DNA of 63,771 bases, filler included, from Sphacelaria rigidula (taxonomy: Eukaryota), in NCBI GenBank assembly GCA_964200075.2. It is 5 parts of 5 records of this genome, joined end to end, with 100 filler letters (N's around TTAATTAATTAA, not from the genome) between each part and the next. Parts side by side here need not be neighbours in the genome. Positions count along the whole stretch, not along the records: positions 51,102 to 63,771 come from CAXNAA020003519.1; 4 more parts are not named here. One strand, given 5' to 3'. Numbering within the stretch: position 1 is the first letter of the stretch; the number at the start of each line of letters is the position of its first letter. Below are positions 52,818 through 63,771 of the stretch, one piece after another. The notes under the pieces were generated by a model that saw nothing but the letters and a program-made list of their open reading frames with translations, searched no databases and was not told the origin of the DNA. The translations under genes were made by a program, and so were the position numbers.

Positions 52818-53138
52818 CTTACTGGTAGCATCAACCACATCGTACGCGGCGCAGAACCAGCCCGCCAATCCAGGCTCGAAGAGATCAGCATAGGGGTCAG
52901 TGACGTTCTTGATGATGGAATCCACGAGGTAGCAAAGGGGCAGTTTGTGCTTGGCGGGGTGGGTTGGATCGCTGATCATGCTCTCTAAAAGGGCGACGAT
53001 GTGCTGGGACATGTCATTCCGGTGGCGGCTTGCCGTTCCGGTCAAAGCGCTGATTATGATCTTATCGGGGAACTCTCCCATTTGCTCGGCTTTCCTGCGG
53101 AACAGCCGCACGTAGTCGTCGACCGAGGCAGTGCCCAT
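52818..53138 (-). CDS. PCF11: Pcf11-like pre-mRNA cleavage factor, CTD-interacting domain, exon 1
   Basis: DKIIISALT, KLPLCYLVDSIIKNV (DSI motif), PYADLF; AAG|GTAAGT donor. Confidence 0.8.
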
Positions 53139-54436
53139 TTGTGAACGACCGTGTTCAACTGGCAAACGCCGGCCTCAAGCCTCAACGAACACCCGGAAAA
53201 ACAGAAGTCAATCTGATTTCTGACGCCCTCCACGAGGCCGAAAACCCGGCCAAGGTGTGTGGGATCGGAGCGCGTGGGACTTGGGCTGATGGGTGTACAA
53301 AATACACTCAGTTCAGTAAAACAGTCCCGCACTGACACGCTGTGATAAGACAGCGATGGCAATGGAAACAAGGAACGCGACGTGAAATTGTTGTTATTAT
53401 AGCCGTCACCCGATCTAAGCTCGTACTACAGTCCGTCTGAGCAACCAGCGCAGGAAAGAGTCACGCGAGCCAAACGTTACTCGCTTACAAAAAACGCCCA
53501 CGCCCTTCCCCCCGACCCCCTTGCCCTACAAAATTTGCCAACTCAATAAAAAAGCTGGAACCAGAGTGCTTGTCTGAGAGAACCCTGGAAAATGGGTCGC
53601 TCGCTACGCTGCTCTTCCTCTCCGGTTTCCAACAAGCCACGCCGTCAGCTCCCGCGCAAGCAAAACAAATGAAACGCTGCGGCCAATAGTAAATCAACAC
53701 TCGAGATTTCTCGCGGCTCCGCCGGTCCCTTTTACTCTAGCTCTCCAAGCGGATCGCAAAAGAGAGGCGCGGATCACTCAAGAAGGGCAGATCGCAGCAA
53801 CAGCGCTCGCTCTCTGTTCAATCCGTTTGGGCACAAAATCGACAAGGGGGCAAAAACACGAAAGTGACGGAAGTTGGTAGGGACGGGGCGGGTGTGGGAG
53901 ATAGAGGAGGGATGGAGGGTTCAAGGTAAGGGTAGACTCATCAAGATGTGAAGAGACGTACATACAATCCATACCGGTACGGAGGCAGAAACACGACGGG
54001 GTAGTGCAGAGCAGACATGCGGCATTTAAACGAGGTCGGACAAGCGCACGTGAGGTTTCGTCCAGCGCAACGTAAGAACGGAGAGGCAGAGATATGTCGG
54101 ATGTAGGACATGCAGCGTCAGTAAAATGTACACAATGCAAGGCGAGCAGCAGCTAAACAGCGAAGCCAACGTGCCGATGCTTACCCTTCGTCTTCGGGGT
54201 TTCTTTGGAAACACTTGTTCATTACCCACGTCGCATCGCAACCCCGTCCTGCCTTGTGCTCCATGTAATAAGGTTACCGAAAACCCTTTGGTGCCGTCAA
54301 GGACCGTGGCAAAATGATGGATCATGTACCATGATGTACCGCATTGAATTGCCATTCAACCCTTGTACTGTCTGGAAGCAAGCAGCCACTACAGCGAAAA
54401 AGCCAGCAAGGGCTCTGCAAACGCTAGGGAGGCACG

Positions 54437-54517
54437 ATGGAGCAACCCTCATGGATGCAGAGCTCAGAACAGGCTTCGGCAGCTGCCGGTGGTGGAGCAG
54501 GCGTTGGCGGTGGAGGA
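54437..54517 (+). CDS. Possible first exon of an unknown gene divergent from PCF11
   Basis: MEQPSWMQSSEQASAAAGGGAGVGGGG followed by GTAAGT donor; a candidate next exon is 62885-62930 (AGPTALDNESVSSAR). Confidence 0.4.
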
Positions 54518-56399
54518 GTAAGTACGAGTCAGCGGGCAACTGCAGCGGACGCGGGAGACGCGTGAGTTTTCTTCGCTTGGTGTAGGGCCTGTGTTTTCGA
54601 ATGTTGGTGTTGGGGTGTACGAGGGATTCGTCGGTGACTCGGAGACTCGGTCGCGGCGCGTTACAGACATATTCCGCGTGGAACATGCATACAGTAATGG
54701 AAATCGACGCGTGACACGTCGAGAATGATGCTCTATCGTGTGGGTGTGTTCCCTCCTCCTTCACTTATTTTCAAACACACGAGCTGGGACAAATTGGCCT
54801 ACACTCGAAAAACAGACAGTAATATATGTGGGGTGTTCCCACCCAGTGCAAACCCCAACTTTAGTGTTCTGTCCAATTTTGAGAGGATCGGGAAGGTGTT
54901 GTCATCCTGCCCCACCGCCCTGCGTCCGATGCGCCCAAGTACTACCAACGCGGGCGTAAAATGGCACACCCACACTGATATGCAGTCCCTCGCGCTATTC
55001 CGCAGTACATCCAATATTTTTGTGGAGGTTTCCGTCCGCGTCCAGTACTGTGTCCTCCTTTTCGACTCGGCTCCGAGATTGGCTTTTGGTGTATCGTGCC
55101 TTTTCTCCGCATTTGTTCCTATTTGGGATGCCACCAACAGTCACAGTCCAGATCGCCCTTGTTTCAAACTCATGTGTGGAACGATATGAAAACGAACATC
55201 TACGCACACCCCCAACACACAAATTTCCAGAGCATATCGCAGACGTGCTCGCTGTGATTTCCAGATCAAATTTCATCCACATTTTGCATTTTCCTTCGTC
55301 GACCGATGTGCTGATCCTTCTCTATGGCGACGGAACGTCGTGCCGGGAAAACAATCGACGATATGTCCCTAAAAATAACAAGTGCCTGTTCTACCCACCA
55401 GCCCGCTTTTGCTCGCTCGGCCGGCCCGTGTTAACCCCCTGACCGCCAAGGATACATGAAGAACTCCGTTGCCACAGGCTTGATGTTGCTCGTACATGAC
55501 CAATAGCTCTTTGTCGTTTCAGGAAAACGGCAAAATCATCGCGCCAATGACCGTAGTAGATGTACTGTATGTGGTGAAGACAAACGCCTGCCGCTGAACA
55601 ACTGAACGCCGTGGGTTTTCTAAGAAGCTGGGGGGTGCACGTGCTGTAGTCGTGACTCGTGTAGGTGTGGTCGGGTGGCGTTTTCATCTTGTTTCCATAA
55701 AGTTTGTGACGAATTTCCCTCCGTCCCAGAAATTCAAACTAAGCAGGACCAAGGCAAGTTGACACGCACACGAAAAATGCCCCACACCGATCCCTGTCGT
55801 AAAAAGCAGAGGTGTGACGAGGGTAGTCATTGCCCCAACACTACTGAACTCATCCTTACTCGCAGTAATATACACGCAAGGCGGGAAAGGTGCAACCACC
55901 CCGACAAAGTGCTGCGGCACGCCTGTTGGCTTTCAGATTCTCCCTTGCACAACGTCTATCAAGCGACCGTATCACCCCATCCTCCAAGTTTCCATCTGCC
56001 TGCAAAAACTTCGGCGACTCAGAGGACAAAAAATCGGAACAGAATCCCAGAGTGTGTCACCCTTGGACAGCGAGGGTAGATCAACTGTTGAATCGGCATC
56101 AATTTTATTTGAAAAAAGTAGTCATGATCCAGATGGGCTACCCTTGCGGTCTAAAGGTCCAAGGGTTGAACAACAGTTAATCCGCATCTTGAAGAACCGG
56201 CTCACCTCCCACAGACGAGTGTGACAAACGCAAACTAGAATATTTTCTCGCGAAGCGTAATATTGGCCAGGCGTTCAAAATCAGGGGAGAAGAGTTGGCT
56301 GTTCCGTCTTTTATAAAACGAACAAGGCGCTGCTCACACCCATCATTTCTATGCTGTAGTTTTCGCTGAAATGTGGTGCGTTTGAACTCCGCGAACATG

Positions 56400-57800
56400 G
56401 TATGATCTGCGCTGGAGAATGCCTGTCAAAATTGGGGTGGAGACAGAGTGTTGTCTATACAAGGTTGAAAAAAATCACGTGGTGCTGTGGAGCCGTTCGG
56501 CTGTCTTCTTGGTACTTGAGTTGTAGTCGGGTGCTGTGATCGGAAAAGACACACAAAGCGGGTGCCTGCAACTGGGGCAAATAAACTGAGCCAGCACGGA
56601 CCGCTGTATCCTCAGCGATCTAGCGTCGCAGCTCCCTCTCTCCTTCTCGCAGCGGTGCAACGTGTGGGCCAATCAAGACCATTTTGCAACTCATGTGCAT
56701 CTCATAGCTCTTATCTGATTGGTGGAAGATACCCGGATTTTTGTGTTGAGAAAGATTCGGATTAGTCGAAGATTGTTGCAGCTCATGTTCCTTGCCCCCA
56801 TCTGTGGGAGGTGAGCCTTATCAGGCACAGGGCACACAGATAGAGGCAAGAAACATGAGAGGCAACGTTTTTCGCAGAGCCTTTCAGTATACCAAATGCG
56901 GCGATCTGTCTCCCATCATATAAGAGAAAATAGTGGCATGTTAGTGGCAAAATAGCTTTGATTGGCCCACGCATTGCGCCGCTGCGATACAGACAGCTGC
57001 GACCATCGATCGCCGAGGATACAGCAGCTCCGTGCTGTCTGAGTTTGTTTGCCCCAACCTGCACGCACCCGCCTTGTCTGTCTTACTCTATCACAGCACT
57101 GGACTACAACTGAAGTACCAAAGAAGACGCAACGGACAGCTGCACAGCCGTCAGGTGTTTGTTTCAGCTTTGTATAGACAGCACTTTGATCCCACTCCAA
57201 TTCTGTACCGACCGAAACACGGCATGCAGTAGTACAGCTGTTCAGGCACTCTTCAGCGCACATCACACCATGTTCATCGTAGAGTGTTCAAGTGCACAAC
57301 AGCACAGTCTCATAGAAATTATTTGATTGATTGATTGATTGTCGCACTTTAACTGACCCCCCAGGGGTTCAGCCGTGGTCTCACGATAGATGTACTCAAG
57401 AAAAACCATGGGTGTGGGAAGCGCCTTGTTCGTTTGACGGAAGACAAAACAGCCAACATACCATGAAGTTTGCAATAGTGTATGTGCAGACAACACTGCG
57501 TGCCCATTGACATTAATTTCTACAAGACGAACACAATGACAACACAGTGAAGCGACTACGCAGTCCCAGCGGAGACCAAACCGTGTTCGCAAAGGTCTGA
57601 ACACACCGCAGCGCAGTAATATCTACAGCACGTGATGGAGGGCGTGAGTGTGTTTGTGCTGCAGCACAGTGGAACAGGACATGTCCCATGTGACAGTTCT
57701 TCCCTTGATTTTAGACTGGTCCTCAATTGTTGCCGAGTGCCGATTTTCAAACGCTCGACCATGATTGCACTTGGCGCGAAAATCTTTTAATTCACTTTGA
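56400..57800. repeat. Family D copies in opposite orientations, one interrupted by a (CAAT)n retroposon end (57322-57405)
   Basis: 56400-56700 is inverted relative to 56940-57270; homology to 1500-2000 and 48780-49700. Confidence 0.7.
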
Positions 57801-58879
57801 GGTGAGCCTTTAATGAAACCATTGTCCCGATGCACAATGCACATGTAGGCAGTCGTAGGTTATCTGAAGGGGAGAGGAAGCAAATAGGTTGAGTGGGACC
57901 ATGGTGACATCCTTCTCTCGGTCGTAATACTACCATATGTTCGGGTGACTATGTGCTTATCTTCAGCACGGGTTTCGTATCCTGTAGCCATTCGTGTTTT
58001 GTGTGGTCAAGTTTCCCTGTATGGCGTTATGTGACCGCGGGTCTGTACGAACGGGTTGATGCGTCCTGGACGCGTGCGCTTCACGAGCGTGTAACCAGGC
58101 GTATCTACGCACGTTATTTTAGGCGCCCTAACCTTGATCTCTATTAAGTCAGGGTTGATAGACTTTTGTTTTTTCTGGCTTCGGATTCCACGTGGCTACT
58201 TGGCGTTGTTCTATTCCGTCTTGTAATACCCGCTCCGTTTCGGGGTTCGGCAAAATTTGAGGCCATGTCGTGACGACTAATCCTCTCATCTGTGCGAATG
58301 TACGCCGCTTCATGTGTGTTTGTTTGTGTGTCTATGCGTCCGTGTGTCAGATATGAATACCGCAGATGATTTTCAAATTGGGGGCCATCCCTCTGTCGTT
58401 TCATGCATGGACAGTGGGGGGAACTCCTACCAAGATCACGGGAGCGAACTACAATATGTAGTACGCGGCACTCTCAGGTCGTTCTTTGGCCAGTTACAAG
58501 CTGCTCAATGTACTTTTGTGTTGCACCTTACTACTCACCCGTACGGTACTATAGCAACATGGAGGGTGTGAGAGACAACGAGTCTTTTCTTGTTCTCACT
58601 TCTTACTCCTCTTCTCGAGATGAGTCCGTGGTCTCAAGGGGTCAACCCACCTCTCCCCCGCTACGCGCCTCACATTTTGGTATCGCCGATTGGATCAGCA
58701 TTCTCCCCACCGCATCGACGGGCGTGTAACAAGCTCGGTCAAGCACTCTTTTTTTGCTACTCACGTCCTCGCGCTTTTCACGACGGAGGAAGTCAGCTTG
58801 CGAGATAAAAAGCCAAATAAGATGCATTTGGCGGGCATCAAACGCATGATTTCCCGCCTCAGTTACAGTGCCGTTCCCT

Positions 58880-59990
58880 TTTCATTATTGTGGAGGCATT
58901 TCACGGTGATTATAATTCATCATCTGCGGCATCCATTGGAGACGGTCATGCTCAAAGGCCTCAAAACGGCTGAAACTGGAGGGGTAGACGTTCTTGGAAG
59001 AGACGGGTTTACTTCAGCACGGCAAGGTGACGCTATAGAACTTTGCGAAGGCTGAGGCAGCCGGATGGGAAAGGATACATATCACTGCGGAGAGAGGAAG
59101 CACTTGGTACATGGAATGTCTTGCGGCAAAGTAATACAAGACAAAGCTGACACTATGTGCTGCTAGCCGTCAGCACAACGAATACTGCAGTCTGGCTGTA
59201 CCATGCAAACCACGCCTGGGCAGGGCTGGAATACCCGCGGTCCATCCGTGAAAATTGAAAATTTCAACTTGCTCTCCGTCGTGTACTGGAACCAAGTGAA
59301 ATGCTATAAATATCTTCAAGGACGACGAGACGACTGTCCGAGAAAGGTCAAGGTATTGACGTGGGAGTTCCTGCAGAAAGAATTTCCGGTTGACTCTGCT
59401 AGAAGAAACTACAGCAACAGCCCTTGTCGTTGGACCGTCGTGGCACCCAGTCATGGAAGCCTGGCACTGTCTGGAAGGAGACGTTGCCCCCTCCTCAAAC
59501 AGCCCTCCATTGGTCCTTGGCACGAGCCACTGTTCTGTTCGGCTCGGCTATACGGCCGTGCCTTGCTCGACACGGCGTATAAAAGCCAAGTACATCTCCC
59601 TCTAAGATATGGAGAACCTTAAGTGGTGGTCATTTCCCCTTTTGGTGGAAACCTCGACCGACAGGCGGCCGACGTAGGAAAAAATGCCGGCATGATCTGC
59701 CCCTGCCTCCGCGTGGATTTAATATCGTTTCCCTCTAGAATTGTCATTAGAAAGTGATGGTATTCTTGGAATCATCGCAGCATGGTGCACAATCACCCTT
59801 TCATGCCACACAGCGCACAAAACGCCTTCGGTCGCCGAAACTGCTGCGTCAACACCTACCTGCGGCTTCAAGCTGCACACACGTGAAGTTTCAGCATCAT
59901 CCTAAGCCAGGTTTGCTGGGTTTTGGCGCCCAATCTCCAAAAATACCGCCTCCATATTATCGAAAAGGGACAACACTGGTAACATTAGCG
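58880..59990. repeat. Uninterrupted family C copy
   Basis: Colinear with 44250-44470 + 46510-46600 + 50100-50830. Confidence 0.7.
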
Positions 59991-60761
59991 GTACCATTAG
60001 ACCTCCAGGGCGCGGCGGCTTCAGGTAACTGCCACGCTGTGGCACCGAATAAAAGCGCGGCAAGAGAAAAACGACGTCGGTATATGACTGCTAGCACACT
60101 TTCCATACCACAGCAGCCGTCAGCTACCTGCAACCGTACCACCATGTGCGGCAAGAAAACGATCCAAAATCCCGGATCACACATCCTCATCTCCCACGAA
60201 AGAGTTTCAAAATGTGTGACCACGGGCGGGGCGGCATGATCCAAATTGCTCATCGTGCAATGGTGATACTACCTTGCGTTTTGATTTATTTATTATCTTG
60301 TCACCTACTGTACATGATCTCTGTATACACTTTCGCGGCAGGGTGTATGGGAGTCGCCTCGTATTGCATACAAATCGTCTGTAGTGCTTGCCTTCATCTA
60401 TTGCCACTAAGTAGTCGAGAACAAAGCAAATAGCGTTCAGATACCGTTTGAAGCTACAGCAACATGATTGTCAGATCTCCTGCATGTATTCTTCAACCGG
60501 GTTTAAAGGGTATTGTGGCTCACGTGATGTGTGCATGTGTTTGGTCGCCTTCATCTCAAGCCTTGTGCGTCATCCTGTGTTCATGAAGTAATCGGCACAA
60601 ATAACAGCGATGAGCATGTGACCTCACGAAGGCGCTGAAAGCGAATGGCCCGCGAAAATAGGCTGGACTTGACAAACTTCGGTACAGTACAATGCAGGAG
60701 TAGTAACAAATGATTTATTGCATGAAGAGCGACTACGACACCACATACCCCCCAAAAATGT

Positions 60762-62397
60762 CACACCCTGGACAATAGAAAATGTAATATATATTGCCTG
60801 CTCAATATGTCGACGCGTCGGATGGTCAATATATATTGGGTGAGCAGTATGATGGCACGAGAGAGGGTCAATATATATTGTGCCATCAATATGTCAAGGC
60901 TCGCGACATGCAGTATATATCGACCGAACAATATATCACGACACGCGCCACCTCAATATATATCGGCCGAGTAATATGTTGATGCGAGGCACCAATACAT
61001 ATATTTGTCGAGTAATATATTGGCTGCCATATGAGGTCAATATATATCGACGATTCAATATACTCAACACCCGAAGCGCCGATATATATTGCCGCCCCAA
61101 TATGTCGTGTGTCAATGCGTCCAAAATATATATTGGGCGGACAATACACGAGGGAACCGATGGTCACAATACGTGTCGGTGTGGCAATATATTTTGATTT
61201 CTAACGTGTAGATTGGAAAGTGTATTGGAATTAGTATAGTGGGCAACTCTATGTTCGCGGGCGCCGTTGAAAGATGTATCACCGCATGCCGAAAACGCTT
61301 AATATATTCGTCCGCGAGCGTGTTCAATATATGTTGGCTGCACAATAGCTATGCGATGAGCGTTCGCAATATATGTTATGGTAACAATATGCTACGCATC
61401 GCTTCGACTCAATATATATATATATATATATATATACTGACACTTCAATACACACGCGGCCGGCATGCACAATATATGTATTGAATGTTTTATTCCCGGA
61501 GCAAGTGCATGTCCAATATATTTTGTCATACATTACCTCATGATCATGACACGAGCACTATATGTTTTTGCTTCAATGCCTCCGAGGACATATCAACACA
61601 AAATATATTGAAAGTACAATATTTGAGCTGGCTCCAAAACATAGTATTGCTATCACATTGGAATATATTGTATTGTCCAGGGTATAAGCAACACAGCCCC
61701 GGGACCACAAGGGTACCAAAAGGCGCATTTCGACCAGCGTTTTCTGTCATCGTTTAGCCAAGATTTATTAATTACATGCTGGGAAGGGGATGGGCAGCCC
61801 CGCACCGGTGGCCACTTAGGTATCAGGAGGCATATATACCGGGTCGCCTCTTCTGTCACCATATTCTCTGACCAGTATATTTATATAGTATATATGCCAC
61901 CAAACGCATTCGACAACTCTCCGTAGTAATGCACGCGAACCTCTGTGGCTCCCTTCAAAGTTTTTCCCAATCTGCACGGGCTCCGGCATCCATCGCGTCT
62001 GGATCTTTCTTTAAGCGTTCACCATACCTATAATATCCAATATATATCGACCGGCCAATGCGTTGGCACCCACGCAGACCCGATATATATTGGCCGGTCA
62101 ACATGTTGTCATCAATGTGACCCTAATATATATTGGTCGTGCAATATGCTGTCGCCCACGCTGTCCCAATATATATTGATGGGACAATATGTGTTCAACC
62201 CCACAGTCCCAATATATATTGGGCGGGCAATATGTATGCAGTCCCACGACATCAATATATATATTGGGCGCGCAATACGTGTGGCAAATGTACCAATATA
62301 TATATATTACGCCGGCAATATATCGCAAAATAATAATATGCTCGACTGATATATATATATATATATATTGGAAACATATTGTTTTGTCCACGGCGTG
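60762..62397. mobile_element. Full-length 1.6-kb non-autonomous TIR element, ATATATATTG-rich
   Basis: CACACCCTGGACAAT ... TTTGTCCACGGCGTG; 8-bp TSD AAAAATGT/AAAAATAT. Confidence 0.85.
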
Positions 62398-63230
62398 AAA
62401 AATATGGATCCAAAACTACACAGTCTAATGTGATGACCACGGCTGACACTCGAAGGCGGCCCGGCCTAGAAGTTGACTACATCCACTTCAAGGCGACCAT
62501 AATTCGCTGGCAATATAGCGGTGTGATTCCGCTGCCCCCCTCCCCATTGTACCAAAACCCGGCGTTGCACCAAAACCCAGCGTGCACCGTCCCGGCTTTG
62601 TAGGGATGCGAGGTCAATGACCTTACGACTACGGCATGCAAGATCATGAGTACACCTCGTCCACCGTGCAATGGGCCAATCGACAAGAGGAAATTGCTCT
62701 GTGTTGTGTGTGGTGCAACCCCTGGCTGCTATGGCCTAGATTTCAGGCATTTTTGTTGCGCTCTTGTGCGCCGAATACGCGGCGCAGAAGTAACTGCCAC
62801 TACTCGAGAGAGACTCCCTAAGAGTGGGTTACAGCGGCTGGGTACGCACCGGTGAATCTACCGTAAGATTTTTTCATACTCCAGGCTGGTCCCACTGCTT
62901 TAGACAACGAGAGTGTCTCCAGCGCAAGAGGTATAGATAGCAGTAGAAGGTAACTCAACAAGTGCGTTTCCTGCAACGTTGTAACCAAACTGAAGAGCGC
63001 CGCGCTGCCGGCATCCAGACACTTGCATCATTTCGAGCTATCCCTGAGCACCAAGGGCGGCCTGGTGGAGGTACCCGTTGGTGCCGGATTAGTACGAGAA
63101 TCAAGATGCGCCAATTCCCACTCGATTGCGTTGAAATTTGGTGAGCATGTAGTTGATATCAGGGCATGGATAACGATACCTGTCTCGGTTCCCAACCTCC
63201 GCTGTCCCAAAGTTACGGCCAAAGTAAATG

Positions 63231-63536
63231 TGGTGTACTCAAGATTATACATGCCATAGTCATGAGACCATTGACCTCGCATCCCGACAAACCCGGGACA
63301 GAGCACGCCGGCTGTTCGCCGGACCAGGCTCGCACTCAGTCACCAAGTGCGAAGCGCCGCGGTGTGTTCGGCGAGTCGCATGAAGGTCGAGCTGTATCCT
63401 GCCAAGATTGTTCGGCCCAAAGCCTACTGACTATCTTGCATTTGAAAGGCAGCCTACGATGAGTCGCTTTCTTTTCTGGTATCGCCACTCCCAGAGACAG
63501 CCACGGCTTATACACTGTCTCATAGTTGTCTCACCA
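63231..63536 (-). mobile_element. Full-length family A SINE-like copy (~305 bp)
   Basis: Minus strand GGTGAGACAACTATGAG...GGGATGCGAGGTCAATGGTC..GACTATGGCAT...GAGTACACC. Confidence 0.8.
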
Positions 63537-63771
63537 TAAAGTCTCATAATAAAGTATGGGGGGAATATCTACAACATTCAATGTATGGAATTTCCACGCA
63601 CTCGGGAATTTAACAAGGGTAGGTCGGGTTCCAATTTCACGTCGTCAAATTAGTTTCTGCTCCTGGTGAAAATTTCGACTCGCCGGTTTTCTGCGACTTT
63701 TTTTGCTACATTTCAAGGGTCGGACAAATAATGATTCGTCTGAAAATTACTTAGGTTTAGTATGGTGAGTC

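Noticed and set aside
54340..54452. Minus-strand signal-peptide-like ORF MRVAPSCLPSV...
   Set aside because: No in-phase downstream exon found; overlaps a better plus-strand first-exon candidate.

Overview
Eukaryotic, intron-rich and repeat-rich genomic DNA, most consistent with a brown alga (Ectocarpus-like; inferred from gene types, short exons in long introns and bipartite plastid-targeting peptides). It is a scaffold with four N-gaps carrying an artificial TTAATTAATTAA linker. Spliced host genes reconstructed by eye: a partial PPEF/rdgC-like Ser/Thr phosphatase (+, three exons), a partial plastid-targeted SAM methyltransferase (-), a thylakoid-lumen FKBP PPIase (+, four exons), a 16-repeat 'CPW'-type ankyrin protein (-, three exons) and a partial Pcf11-like CID protein (-). 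Most remaining sequence is mobile DNA: a 6.5-kb non-coding LTR element with TSD and PPT, a Ty1/copia remnant, TA-flanked mariner-type elements plus a transposase fragment, a TIR family (CACACCCTGGACAA, 8-bp TSD) with unrelated internal sequences, foldback MITEs with unusual AACA ends and 4-bp TSDs, tRNA-derived SINEs, and two retroposon families sharing a 3' tail. The most unusual items lie in phosphatase introns: a 483-bp palindrome apparently built from an exon-intron fragment and an array of short stem-loop repeats with variable spacers. No prokaryotic-type system (CRISPR, operon) is supported. All family assignments come from motif recognition, not database searches.
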